Source: Porphyridium purpureum
Lineage: Eukaryota
Assembly: GCA_008690995.1 (NCBI GenBank)
Contig: VRMN01000001.1
Span: forward strand, 372,001 to 436,000
DNA: 64,000 bases
Reading direction: 5' to 3'
The translations under genes and the position numbers were made by a program. Numbering within the stretch: the first letter of the stretch is position 1; each line of letters opens with the position of its first letter. Shown here piece by piece: positions 43,687 through 54,801 of the stretch. The notes under the pieces are model-generated. The model made no database searches. It was not told the DNA's origin and worked only from the letters and a program-made list of their open reading frames with translations.

Positions 43687-44748
43687 ATGGTGTCGCACAC
43701 CGTGCCAAGCGGCACGAACCGCTTGATCAATAGACATTTCGAGGCAGTGCCGTCGGAGCTCAGGCTCCAGGCGAGCCCGGCGACGGCAAACAAGGTCAAG
43801 TGGACCCTGGCGGCCGCTGTGGTTTGCACACTGGTCGTCACGTTTACTTTTATGGCTGGCATGGGCCCGAAGAAGCACACCGTAAACGTGTACGGGCGGG
43901 CCTTGCCGAACAATGGGATGATGCGCGCAGACACCGAGTATGAGTGCGACGCGGACTGGTACTGCCACACTGCGGGTGCAAACTGTGACGCAAACAATAT
44001 GGTGATTGGTGAGCTGGACGAGGTTATCACGGAGAGGTGTGAGTTCCGCAAGATGGCACACGACCTTACCTCAGTGGCTACGTTCTTGGCGCTCGCGCCA
44101 GAGGTCAAGCCATCGACCTGGCCGTGCAAGCGCGCCGTCATGGATAACTGCAACGATGACATGCCATACGGTTGCCCGTACTTGGAGCTGTGTGGAGATA
44201 GTGAGAAGGACGACATTTCTGACGTGATCACAGCCGCGTCCGAGTTTGTGCCGCAGCAGGCGGAGAGTCTCACTGAGTATCAGGACGTATGGAGCGCGTT
44301 CAGTACTGAAAATTGCCCATTGGCGGGCTCCTGCACCGCTGAGTACGACTCGAACCTGTGCACAAAGAAGGGTAAAATGAGGCTCGCGCGCAGGTTGATT
44401 GGCAAGGCGATGGCCAGGGTCTCTATGGATATTCCGACGTCGCACAAGGTTGGTGACATTATCAACTGCCTCACGTGCCCGGTGACGGTTGGAAAGCGAG
44501 ACTATGTTTGCATGGAGAAACAGATGCAGGAGTATTTGGGAGGCTTGCTTGGAATTGTCTTTGATTCCAAGGTATTGTTGCCCAAGAAGCGCAAGTTCAA
44601 TGACATGGAAGACGCCATCAGCAAGTATAACCCGGCGATGTCTGAGCTTGCGATTTGCCATCCGCTCTGCAAGGCATTGTTGAAGGGTAACATTGGCATT
44701 TTTACTTATGCGTACGAAAGCTGCTGCGCGGCTGCGTCATACAATTAA
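43687..44748 (+). CDS. Cys-rich type II membrane / secreted protein, unknown function
   Basis: One TM (WTLAAAVVCTLVVTFTFMAGM) followed by 18 Cys. Confidence 0.75.
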   Translation: MVSHTVPSGTNRLINRHFEAVPSELRLQASPATANKVKWTLAAAVVCTLVVTFTFMAGMGPKKHTVNVYGRALPNNGMMRADTEYECDADWYCHTAGANCDANNMVIGELDEVITERCEFRKMAHDLTSVATFLALAPEVKPSTWPCKRAVMDNCNDDMPYGCPYLELCGDSEKDDISDVITAASEFVPQQAESLTEYQDVWSAFSTENCPLAGSCTAEYDSNLCTKKGKMRLARRLIGKAMARVSMDIPTSHKVGDIINCLTCPVTVGKRDYVCMEKQMQEYLGGLLGIVFDSKVLLPKKRKFNDMEDAISKYNPAMSELAICHPLCKALLKGNIGIFTYAYESCCAAASYN

Positions 44749-45006
44749 GCTACCCGAGTCGCTCTCCAACATTTGATCCACTAACGATTATTTAGATCGG
44801 TAAATGACAAGCCTTCTGAGTTAGAATGATCGTCCGACCTGCCCTGTTTCGTTATTCAGACCACGTACTTGGCCAGGCATAGCCGGGTATGTATAGTATG
44901 AGAATGTTTACACATGAAATGTTGCATGCAAATCTGGGATTCGCGCGCCGCCACTGTAGTTTCTCGTGTTCGAGGAAATTCTGTTTCTGCACTATTTTCT
45001 TTGGTC

Positions 45007-45059
45007 TGCTCTGCATTGCCCTGTTCTGCTCTGATCTACTCTGCTCTGCTCTGCTCTGC
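45007..45059. repeat. Imperfect (CTCTG)n repeat
   Basis: ctgctctg..ctctgctctgctctgctctgc. Confidence 0.7.
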
Positions 45060-45266
45060 CACTACCCAGCTATTTTTCACAAATGATGCGTTCTGCACTG
45101 CTGTGCTTCACTCTCGCACTGCTCGCCTGGTTTTCACCAATGAACTACTCTCATCTGCTCAGTCACTCACCGGCCAATCTTCCATTCATGCCATGCCTCG
45201 GATTGGAATACACACGACCTGCAACCTCCACAAGACAAACTCACACATACATGCGCAGCGACTCAT

Positions 45267-46781
45267 TTAAGGCGCCAAAGAATCGTCATTCGCATGATCG
45301 ACATCAGCGAGCGACTCGTCAGCTCGGGTGGAAGCTAAACTGGCGGCCACCGCCCCGCCAGCTTGCTCCGGAACTTGCGTCGACACCGGCGCCGTCTCTT
45401 CCTTCTTTCCAAATTCAAATTCCGCGAAGAGGCATGCCGCCACGATCAGACCGCCGCCAAGCCAGGTATTCGGTCCTAAACTTTCGCCAAGCGTTAAGGA
45501 CGCAAAGGCTGCGGCAAAGATTGGCTCAGTGCATAGAATCACGCTCAAATCTCCTGCACTTATGTCCTTCAGCACGGCATTCGCGAGCCATATCGTCGCC
45601 GCGGTTGAAATGAGTCCAGCGTACAGCACCCCGCCAATCACACGAAAGTCCCACGGAGGCTGCACAATGCCTGTAAACGCTTCAACCAGAACATGCCATG
45701 ATTGGCCAATGTTCCCGCCTGAATTATCCACTAATGACCACACGATGCTGCACACTGCAATCACAACGAGCTGAATTGCGGTTAGGCCCAGCACATGCTG
45801 TGGCGCCTTACGCACAAAGTGCTGGTTGATGACAAAGCCTGCACCAAAGCCGAACGCCTGCCCGAGGGCCACAAAGTCGGGCAAGCTGAAACTAGCACCC
45901 TCGCCTGCCAGCTCCATGATGAAAATCCCAATTACGGCAAGGAATGCAGCCAGCCACGGCTGCTGTGGGAGATCTTCGCCATCTGCTAGCGCCGCACGCT
46001 CGCCTGGCTTCTCATTCCCGAGATGCTTCGAGGCAAAGTACGTTAACGAGCTCAGAAACGGAACGACCATGACCGTCAGGGAGCACAAAAACGCCGTTTT
46101 CCCCGCGTCCACATGCAACAGACTGTACGACTGGCACATGTACCCGAAAAAGTCGGCAAAGCCGACGAGTACACCACCAACCACGCAAGACAATGGCATG
46201 CCCGGGGAAATAGCGAAAGATGTGGCCAGGGCGGCCACTGTAAAGCGCAACGCCGCTGCCAACTCCATGTCGTTTGCCATAGCATCTTGAACGATTTTTA
46301 CGACGCCGAAGTTCGTTCCCCAGCAAGCTGCTACGGCAAGCGCGCAGAGGCGCGGCCACCACCAGCCCCACGTGCCTTTTCGCTTGGATGCCTTGACGCT
46401 TCCCGCCTTTGCAACACTCGTGCTGAGCGCAGTTAGAATTTCAGCGTCGGACGAAACCGAAACATCCTGTGCGTGTTCTGTCGGCGCATCGACGCGGTCG
46501 CTTGCGGACGGTGACGACGGCGACGACGGCTTGGATGCATTTGACGAGGATTTGGGCTTCAGCAGCTCCTTTTCCGAGAGCGCCATGTGCAGCAGGGAGT
46601 TTCCTCTCACACTTCGCAAGACGCCGGAGCCGCGGGCATACTTCACGCACACCTGAGCGGCCGGCCGGCCGGAATTATTCCACTTGTCGCTGCGGCAGCT
46701 GAGCGCGACACGACTTTTGGCGCCATTACTCCCGCTCCATGCGCCGACGCTGCTGCACGAACAGACCGAGACAAACGCCAT
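45267..46781 (-). CDS. EamA/DMT-family transporter, plastid-targeted
   Basis: MAFVSV transit peptide; CWGTNF, AALRF, AFLCSL, TEPIFAAAFASLTLGE; ~10 hydrophobic segments. Confidence 0.88.
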   Translation of the reverse strand: MAFVSVCSCSSVGAWSGSNGAKSRVALSCRSDKWNNSGRPAAQVCVKYARGSGVLRSVRGNSLLHMALSEKELLKPKSSSNASKPSSPSSPSASDRVDAPTEHAQDVSVSSDAEILTALSTSVAKAGSVKASKRKGTWGWWWPRLCALAVAACWGTNFGVVKIVQDAMANDMELAAALRFTVAALATSFAISPGMPLSCVVGGVLVGFADFFGYMCQSYSLLHVDAGKTAFLCSLTVMVVPFLSSLTYFASKHLGNEKPGERAALADGEDLPQQPWLAAFLAVIGIFIMELAGEGASFSLPDFVALGQAFGFGAGFVINQHFVRKAPQHVLGLTAIQLVVIAVCSIVWSLVDNSGGNIGQSWHVLVEAFTGIVQPPWDFRVIGGVLYAGLISTAATIWLANAVLKDISAGDLSVILCTEPIFAAAFASLTLGESLGPNTWLGGGLIVAACLFAEFEFGKKEETAPVSTQVPEQAGGAVAASLASTRADESLADVDHANDDSLAP

Positions 46782-47039
46782 TCCGCCGCCGCGTCCGCGT
46801 CCGCATCCGCGTCGACGAGCCCACCCTTCCTGCCCCAAAACCACCCACAACCACCACCTCTGGCCCACCTCCGTTGCTTGCGCAAGCGTCACCCTCCGCA
46901 CTTAAAAAACTCAAACCGACCCGGCTGCTCGCCCTCCCCGCACTGTACACCTCCAAGTTACCTATTAAGTCTCACACTGTACCTCCGTCCATCCTCCAGG
47001 ACACAGCGGTTAAAACGCGTCACGCGCAAAGCGGGCGTG

Positions 47040-47530
47040 CTGCGTCTGCGGGCATTCCACTGCCGCGCTGTTCCACTTTGTAACCCGCTGGCAACAGGCT
47101 GCTGCGGATGACCAGCTACGGCCCACAATCTGGAAATATCAACAGCCCAGACCTCGGACCAGAGGTAACGCCTTCACACGCGTGTGTTTACGTTCGCACA
47201 CCGGCACTCCGGCATGCCTACATGCCAGCACGCCGTCACGCCTTCACGCTCGGTAGGTGAGTAGGTAGGTAGGTAGGCAGGCACGAAGGGGGACAACGAA
47301 GTAGTCCAAGTCATGACAGAATTCTGCATGTTGGGCTGGACCTTACCCGATTAAGACGGTGCGCAGGTGGTGCGCTGAGCAGCAGCTGTCAAAATTGCAG
47401 CTGTTGGTCTGGCGTTGCTGTCGGCAGACAAGGTAGCGAAGTATTTCTTTACAACCTAACAGAGCGAGGAATAATTCTGTACGGCGACCACGCGCACTAA
47501 CTGGCGCACACGCGCACTCGCGCGCGAGAG
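47040..47530. ncRNA. Candidate structured non-coding RNA, family unassigned
   Basis: Consecutive hairpins 47302-47338, 47361-47375, 47380-47406, 47407-47429; no convincing ORF; flanked by GTACAGT clusters. Confidence 0.25.
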
Positions 47531-47604
47531 AGCAACGCCGCATGGACGCTCCACGACCCGAACGTGGTGCGAGCGCAGCATCACGAAATATCTCCTCGGA
47601 AAAG

Positions 47605-47656
47605 GTACAGTGCTTCTCGCGTCACTGAACTTTTTCGCTGTACACCCACACTGTAC
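47605..47656. promoter_or_regulatory. GTACAGT/ACTGTAC motif pair upstream of TSR2
   Basis: Motif at 47605 and 47650, near-match at 47638. Confidence 0.4.
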
Positions 47657-47756
47657 TTATCACAATGGGGCGAGTAACCCTAATGAAGATTCTTTGGACG
47701 ATGACCGACGAGTGCGAAGGTCGACGAAGAGGCGAGCTTGAGGGCGTGCCGGCATT

Positions 47757-48548
47757 ATGGATGCGTACGCACTTGAGGCGCACAGACGTATGTGACCGCG
47801 CTGGTTCTTCCAGCTGCTTTCTTTCTTGTTCTTTTTAATTCTAGTTTCTGGAGACGTGATGCGCTTCGCCTTGGGAGTGCCGATAGACGCGGATGAGAGC
47901 GGCTGTGGTGTTCGGCGCTCAGAGATGGATGGACTGTGTGCACGTCGGAAGTTGGGTGAGGCAGCAGCGTACTGACTGAACGAGGGTATTTTTGTGCGTG
48001 CTTGTGCGTTTCTGTGTTTAGAGCTCAAGCGAGGGTTGAGCGCGCTGTTTGCGCGGTGGACCGCACTGCAAATCGCACTCCAGGAGCGGTTTGCGGGGAG
48101 TCAGACGGAAAGCATCGTGCAGGATATGATAGAGACGACATACCAGCTTTCAAGCGGTAGCCGTTTGAACCAGGAAAAGCTGGTGAGCATGTTTTACGAC
48201 GCCTTTGATAGGATGAACTGCGATCTCGAGGATGGAAGCGCCGAGGACATGGCAAGTGCGGTCGCGCAATTGCGTGACGAATGCCATCACGGCCGCTTTG
48301 CTTACGTCGATGATCTAGTGGCAAAGGCACAGCGAGATCGAAGCGCTATACTGAGTCAGAACGTGCGCAGCGTCTTGGAGGATAATGACGACGAGGATGA
48401 CAACGATACGGTCGGCGGACAAAATGGCGACAGTGCCTCGTCCGTCCCCAGCATGATGGAAACGGACTCGCCAACTCCCTCACGGCCTGCCGCTCCTGAA
48501 GTAGATGAGGACGGATTCACCCTGGTTAAAAGCAAACGGAATCGATAG
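47757..48548 (+). CDS. TSR2: Pre-rRNA processing protein TSR2, 2 exons (intron 47788-48021)
   Basis: RWTALQIAL, DLEDGSAE, VDEDGFTLVKSKR; GTATGT donor, ACTGAC branch, TTTAG acceptor give MDAYALEAHRQLKRG. Confidence 0.88.
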
Positions 48549-48631
48549 CAAGCTACTTCACCAATTCGAGTAAAGAAGAGAGAAGAGGTAAGGGGGAATG
48601 CGAGTTTACAACCGGAAGGACGGCGAAAATT

Positions 48632-49395
48632 ATGATGGGCGCAACAGATACGGACAAGAACGACGTTGCTGCAGAGGAAGTATATCCACCACCGTCGCAT
48701 GCAAACTCGCAGCAACGCCGCTTTTCTGTCCTCTATACGGCTCAGAAACAAAAAAAGCGAAAGACATTTCATGACGGCGTGCTGGTGGAGACACGGCAGC
48801 TTGGAGCCGCGCGGTCTCGCGTCGTGCTCCAGGACGACACCGGCAAGCAAATTGAAGCGGACGTGATTATTGAGGTAAGTTGATCCAGAGCAACGCCGCG
48901 CAGTGGCCTAGTTGTGGGATGTTTGTGCTGTAGGGATGGATGCTGACCGAGCTGTCTTCCATGCGACTTTGGATGGCTACGCATAATACCTTTTTTCATG
49001 GCGCTGAGTAGTCCGTTTGCCCCGACTCAGAGTTTGATATGGGGCAGTTCCTTGTACAGGTTGAAGAAGAACTCGACGGTCGCACGTTGCCAGGTGACAA
49101 CCAGCCGTCTAGTCGACACGACAAGCAAGATTTCGTGAGCGCTAAGCACACGAAATCGAGTAGCATCGAACACGTCGTTGCACAGGATCAGGTCCCACCT
49201 GCTCTCGCACCGAGAGCTGCGTACAGAAGCGTCACGAACCGGAAGTCCGCAGGTGAAGCAGCTGTAACGAAAGAATCTTTGAACCACAATGAGCAGTGGA
49301 GCGATATCGACCTCGAATTCGAGCGCGCGGGCCAGCCTCGCTCGCTCTCGCAAATCATCAAACTTCTAAACCAAGACGAACGCCCGTCACGCTAA
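48632..49395 (+). CDS. Small DUF2439 (ZGRF1/Mte1 N-terminal-like) protein, 2 exons (intron 48875-49011)
   Basis: FSVLYTAQKQKKRKTFHDGVL; GTAAGT donor, TAG acceptor joins in frame to EFDMGQFLVQVEE. Confidence 0.7.
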
Positions 49396-49516
49396 AAACA
49401 CAGCTAGGTCTTTGCAGGACTAGTAAATGCTCACCGTGCACACATGCGAAAAGTTGACCTCGACATCGTGTGCGTGGAACCTTGTGGTGCGAGGCTAGAG
49501 ACGTAGAGCACGAGTC

Positions 49517-51124
49517 ATGATAAGGGAGTTTCACGCGCGGCCGCAGACCGCGGCGCTGCAGTCAGAAGCGCACGTCGGCCCGGCGTTCATTCCGGTGACA
49601 TGCTGGCCGTCGTTCCTTGGGTGCACGACGGAGCCGCATTTCTGCGTGCGGCGATTGCCATTCGCGCCGCGTGCGACGAGTTGCGCGCGAGTGATGGTTG
49701 CACGAATGACGGCACAGAGCGGAGCTCCTAGCGCTGCGCAGACCGCACAAAAACATGAGCAGGTTTTGCGATGGCTCAAGGCGGAAAAGGGGGTCACGAC
49801 TGGGGCAAGCCTGAATAAGGCAGGTGTTGGTTTAGTGGTGGACGAGGCGCTGAGGCCAGAGCAGGACATTTTGAGTGTGCCGCTTACGCTGTGTATCACG
49901 CCGAGCTCGGCTAGAAAGGCGCTGAGTGTCGACCTTGAGCGCGAAGGCTTTGGGTCAGGCAGTGGTCGTGTTCTTGTTGTGCTTCAGATTCTCTATGAAC
50001 GCGCGCTGGGTCGCAAGTCGGACAAGCATGCGCTGATCGAGTCACTGGTGTGCTTGCATGACACAAACAGTAGTAACGCGCTTGCGTTGTGGAATGACGG
50101 AGAAATTGCGTGGCTGAAGGGCAGCTCGGCATATGGTGAAGCAAAAGCCGAGCGCGATGGTCTACAGCAAGAATTTGCGCTGCTCAAGGAAACTGTATTC
50201 TCGCGGAAGCCAGAGGTATTCACGGAGCAAGATTTCAGCTTTGAGTTGTACCAGTGGGCGTCGTCTGCCCTCGACGCGATGGGCTTCACGCTGACCCTGC
50301 CCGAAGGCACTGGCTTGGCTTTAGTGCCTGCGTTGCACCTTGTGTCGCAGGCAGAAACCGGGATCAATTGCTCCAAGCGTGTAGGTCGTCAGGGCCTCTT
50401 TCGCACCACGCCGGTTGCATCCTTGGTGAGCAGCACACGGCTCGAAAAGGGCGATCCGCTGGTGGTTGCGTATGAGGCTTCTGATGCACTCGAGCTTTTC
50501 GTTAAGCGAGGCGTTGTCGCGAATTCTGGCGCACTGCGACAGGCTGTTGTGCTGGACTTTTCGCTGACAGACATGGACCCATTTGTGGATGACAAGCTGG
50601 ACATTGTCGAGCAGCGCGGGATGCAGCGTGACATGCTCTTTACGATAGCGCGCGATGACGTGGAGCAAGGTGTGCAGGAAATGATTCCGTTTGTGCGTTT
50701 GATGTGTTTGAATGTGCTTGACGCGTACTTGCTGGAAGCCGTCTTTCGTAGCGACGTATGGGGATTCATGGAATTGCCCGTGAGCCGCACCAACGAGGAA
50801 CTCGTATGCGAGTCGGTCATTGCGTGTTGTCAGGCCCGTTTGGATGACCTGTGTGCAGCCGGAGGCGCCGCACTGACAGAGAATGAAACGCAAAGTGAGA
50901 GGAGGGCTCTGGCGCAGCAGTGGGTTTCCGGCGAGAAGGAGGTGTTGGAGAAGATTGTGGCGGTCATGCAAGAAGCCGAAGACTCGCTGGATACGCTCGA
51001 GTACTACCAAGAGCGCCGACTTCGAGATCTTGATCTGTTGCGACCCGTTGACGAGAGCGAGATCGTGGATTCTGGTACTGCGGGCGTGCGGCGAGGCACC
51101 GAAGCATTCGACCAGTACTACTGA
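49517..51124 (+). CDS. LSMT: Plastid SET-domain lysine methyltransferase (Rubisco LSMT/aldolase MT-like)
   Basis: SET-like N-terminus, YLLEAVFRSDVWGFMELPVSRTNEE, LEYYQERRLRDLDL; start uncertain. Confidence 0.85.
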   Translation: MIREFHARPQTAALQSEAHVGPAFIPVTCWPSFLGCTTEPHFCVRRLPFAPRATSCARVMVARMTAQSGAPSAAQTAQKHEQVLRWLKAEKGVTTGASLNKAGVGLVVDEALRPEQDILSVPLTLCITPSSARKALSVDLEREGFGSGSGRVLVVLQILYERALGRKSDKHALIESLVCLHDTNSSNALALWNDGEIAWLKGSSAYGEAKAERDGLQQEFALLKETVFSRKPEVFTEQDFSFELYQWASSALDAMGFTLTLPEGTGLALVPALHLVSQAETGINCSKRVGRQGLFRTTPVASLVSSTRLEKGDPLVVAYEASDALELFVKRGVVANSGALRQAVVLDFSLTDMDPFVDDKLDIVEQRGMQRDMLFTIARDDVEQGVQEMIPFVRLMCLNVLDAYLLEAVFRSDVWGFMELPVSRTNEELVCESVIACCQARLDDLCAAGGAALTENETQSERRALAQQWVSGEKEVLEKIVAVMQEAEDSLDTLEYYQERRLRDLDLLRPVDESEIVDSGTAGVRRGTEAFDQYY

Positions 51125-51745
51125 GCGCGCCGTGGTTTTCCAGGGCGTGCGAGACTGACCCATGCATTCGCGCACAGAGTTAGAACAGAGTGGGCGACAC
51201 ATCTAAGCGGCCAGTAAATGAGTGATACGAACAGCGGCCCTTGCATCAGGTGCAGTCAGTTTGTTCGAGGATTCGTCCGGTATGCACTTTGTCGCTCGGA
51301 CGCACCCTTCGCTGGTCTTCTTTTTTCCTTTGTTTTCTTTGTCCCTGTCCGAGTACATATCATTGCCGTCCGCGTCAACGAGCGAGCAAAGGCGACTGCG
51401 CTCATAGTTGAGCAGCGCGCGATCAAAACAAGGGCGTTTGTGAAAACTTTAGTTCTGGAGCGTCCATTTGACGCGCTGCAGTACACGGGGTGAGAAGAAT
51501 TCCGTCATGCTATCGTGCATCACGCGACTCGCTTTATTAAAGGTGCTGAGAAAGTTTCGGTCTTTTGCATGTGTCCATGAACGCGAGTGCTGTGTGCTTC
51601 TCTGTACATTGAATGCCCCTTTCGCATCACAAAAGAGCGCGCGGGACCCGGTCGAGGTGCAGATACCTCCCTACATGCGGCGACGGGGAGGCACACATTC
51701 GTAGGCACGAGCGCTCAGCCCATACACACGTGTTGTACGCAGCGG

Positions 51746-52219
51746 TTAGTACTTGGACAACATTGCCTGGCTGATGCGCAGGCCAAGCGACTCGACAATC
51801 TTGTCAAAGCGCGCCGGATCCTCAGCGCGCAGATACTTGAGCAGCCTCTTTCTCTGCGCGACCATGGCGATGAGCCCGCGCGTCGACGAGTGATCCTTTG
51901 GGTTTTGCTTGGCGTGCTCTGTGAGCATTTGGATTTTGACGGTGAGCTTTGAGATCTGCGCCTCTGGCGAGCCGGTGTCCTTCTCGTGCAGGCGGTTATC
52001 AGCCACGACCTGCTTGACCTGCTGCGAGCGCACATACATGTTCAGCGGCGCCAGCTCGGCGTCGACCTGCGCCTCATCGACAGCGGCCATCACGACGGAC
52101 CCCACGCGGCGCGGCGCCACACTCTGGTGCAGCCGCGCCGCATCGCCGCGCTTCCCGCACACCGCGACCTCCCGCCTCGCGCCACCTCCCACGACACTCC
52201 CTCCCACAAAACACTCCAT
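51746..52219 (-). CDS. rps15: Plastid ribosomal protein S15, nucleus-encoded
   Basis: HEKDTGSPEAQI, HAKQNPKDHSSTRGL, RKRLLKYL; MECFVG transit peptide. Confidence 0.93.
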   Translation of the reverse strand: MECFVGGSVVGGGARREVAVCGKRGDAARLHQSVAPRRVGSVVMAAVDEAQVDAELAPLNMYVRSQQVKQVVADNRLHEKDTGSPEAQISKLTVKIQMLTEHAKQNPKDHSSTRGLIAMVAQRKRLLKYLRAEDPARFDKIVESLGLRISQAMLSKY

Positions 52220-53241
52220 TGTTCCTGTTCCTCCTCCTCCTCTACACGCACAAATACCAACCCCCGACCCTCTTCTTCTCCTCCGTCCCTTCACACCCTC
52301 CCCCCTTCGCCCCTTCTTCCTCTCCACGCCGGTGCACAATACCTTTTTGCTTTCTCACTCGCACACACGGCGTGCCGCAGCGTCGTGTTCTCCCTCGCGG
52401 ATTTCACTCACACACTCACGCCTAATCTCTTCCAAAAATGGGGTCTTCCAATCATATTAATCCATCTCCCCATTCCCCCTCGCACCATCTCCTAAATACA
52501 GAACACCCGCGCCCCTTGTTTCATAACCTCTCGGGAACCCAAACCACAACCCTCCCATGATTTGTGCGCTCCATCATCTCTCTATCTAAAAACACCAAAA
52601 AATAGACCCAAACACCAGCACACACACGCCGCGACCGCCGTGGGCCGGCGTGAAAGCGCGAGACCAAAAAGACGTCGTCAACCCTCAATCTCGAGTGTTC
52701 CGAGATGGCCATGCAATCGCCATGGCCATGGCCATTGCCTTTGGTATTGAGGAAGGGAGGGGAAGAAGAAGACGAGTGTGGGAGAAGTTGTGGGGTTAGG
52801 GGTGGTTGATGGAGGGAGGTGTGCTCGGACTGGGTGGCAAGATAGTGGTCAACAATGCTCGGTTGTCGGGGTCGTTTCAGGCACGGCGAGAAGCTCGGTT
52901 TTTTCTAGTGTCGTCCGTCCGATAATTCGCGCACAGGTGCGTGCCCGCAGCGTTTTCTTCGTCCCGGCAGTCTGTTTGACGAAGACCATGGTAGCCCGCA
53001 CAGTGGCGTGCTCGTATCTGATTCCTTATCGGTTCGGTTCATCCACGCCTCAGTCCGAGGCTGAACCGGTAGGACGCGGTAATGAGGGTGAGCAGTGTAC
53101 ACTCGAAACACTGTACACTACTGGGAATAGCTTGGAGGAGCCGGGTTTTTTGGTGAACGAGGAAGAGCGGTGATTTGGGGATCGGCAAGCAGCTGTTGAG
53201 TGGCGTGTGGCTCGGTGTGTCTGTGCCTCGGTGTGGGTGGG

Positions 53242-54690
53242 ATGGATGAGCTGCGGCGGGTGTGGGCGCTTTCAGATCGTCTCTTCGATGAGCATGTTGG
53301 AAAGGATGCGTGGATGGCAAAGCCTATTGACTTGAGACACCCGTTTCTGTTCTACATCGGGCACCTCGCGGCGTTTGCGTGGAATAAGGCCGCGCCGTTG
53401 CTACGGCTCGAGCCGTTTCGACCGGAATTCGACGTCTTGTTTGAGCGAGGCATCGATCCGGACGTGGATGATCCTGCAAAGTGCCACGACCATCCAGACG
53501 TTCCGGACGCATGGCCGGCGGTGGAGCAGATTCTGGCGTACCGGGACCGCGTGCGCGCCGCCATACTGGCCTGCGGCAAAGAGCGCGTCACGAGTGCGCT
53601 CGACGGACCAGACGGCATCCTGGATATGCTTCTGGAACATGACTTGATGCATATCGAAACGCTGTATTACATGCTCGCTCAATACGAGCGCGAACGCAAG
53701 CCTTACGTCGACGCTCGCGCGCCAGCTCCACGCGTCGGCGCGGACACGCAGGAGTGGAACTTTGTGCATATCCCTACCGGCGCGGCGGCGCTCGGCCGAA
53801 CGCGACCCTCTGACGGGCTTGACGCACAGGCGAAGAGGCAGTTTGGTTGGGACAATGAATTTGGAGATGAAAGTGGCCTGGTCGTGCATGTGCACGACTT
53901 TCGCGTCGCGCAGCACCCAGTCACTGTCAGACAATTTGCCGCCTTTATCGCCTCTGGCGGCTACAAAGACGCGAATTTGTGGCGCGATGCAGACTGGCAA
54001 TGGCGCAAAAAGCAAGGTGTGGAGTACCCGGCCTCGTGGCGCCAGAAGGCAGACTTTGGAAGCGGGCGGTATGAAAGTACGCCAAGCTCGCTGGACCAAA
54101 TTCTGAAAGGATTTGAACTGGTCGGTGCTCTACATCGTTCACGAGATCTGGAGGCCTTTCAAGACGTGCCGGTATTCTGCAGTCTGGCAGAGGCGCGTGC
54201 ATTTGCGAAATGGAAACAGTGCCGATTGCCGACGGAGGGCGAATGGCAGCGCATGGCATATGGTCGGCGCGCAGATGCCAGCAAAGTCGATGCACTCGCA
54301 GTATGGCAGAGGACGCGGGAGGACGCCAGCGCGACACCAGGTGTACACGGAAATTTTGGATTCCATTGCACTCTGCCTTGCCCTGTGGGTTCATTTCCAG
54401 CTGGGGACAGCGATTTTGGAGTGTCTGGGCTCATCGGAGATGGATGGGAACTCACTGACTCGGAGTTTATGCCCTTGCGGGGCTTCTCGCCGTCACCACA
54501 CTACCCGAATTACTCGGCTGATTTTTTCGACGGAAAGCATTTCGTCCTGAAGGGCGCGTCGTGGGCCACGGATGCCAAGCTCGTGCGACCCTCGTTCCGC
54601 AATTGGTACCAGTTCAACTACCCCTTTGTATTTGCCAAGTTCCGGCTCGTCATGGACAAAGTTCATGTGCACGAAGACGCTACGAGTTGA
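53242..54690 (+). CDS. Sulfoxide synthase of ergothioneine/ovothiol type (DinB_2 + FGE-sulfatase; Egt1/EgtB-like)
   Basis: LRHPFLFYIGH, FERGIDPDVDDP, HxxxHxE (EHDLMHIET), FGWDNE, RLPTEGEW, YSADFFDGKH, SFRNWYQ. Confidence 0.88.
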   Translation: MDELRRVWALSDRLFDEHVGKDAWMAKPIDLRHPFLFYIGHLAAFAWNKAAPLLRLEPFRPEFDVLFERGIDPDVDDPAKCHDHPDVPDAWPAVEQILAYRDRVRAAILACGKERVTSALDGPDGILDMLLEHDLMHIETLYYMLAQYERERKPYVDARAPAPRVGADTQEWNFVHIPTGAAALGRTRPSDGLDAQAKRQFGWDNEFGDESGLVVHVHDFRVAQHPVTVRQFAAFIASGGYKDANLWRDADWQWRKKQGVEYPASWRQKADFGSGRYESTPSSLDQILKGFELVGALHRSRDLEAFQDVPVFCSLAEARAFAKWKQCRLPTEGEWQRMAYGRRADASKVDALAVWQRTREDASATPGVHGNFGFHCTLPCPVGSFPAGDSDFGVSGLIGDGWELTDSEFMPLRGFSPSPHYPNYSADFFDGKHFVLKGASWATDAKLVRPSFRNWYQFNYPFVFAKFRLVMDKVHVHEDATS

Positions 54691-54801
54691 TCGGCAGCAG
54701 AACCGCCCTTCCTTGCACAACAGGGTGTAACAACAAGCAAACGAGTTAATATTTATTACCAGCGTCACATCAAGCGCCTACAAAATTGAGCATAAAGAAG
54801 T

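Noticed and set aside
47252..47278. (GTAG)n run and TAACCCTAA at ~47675 as telomere or telomerase template
   Set aside because: Too short to exceed chance; telomere sequence of the organism unknown to me; no adjacent pseudoknot recognised
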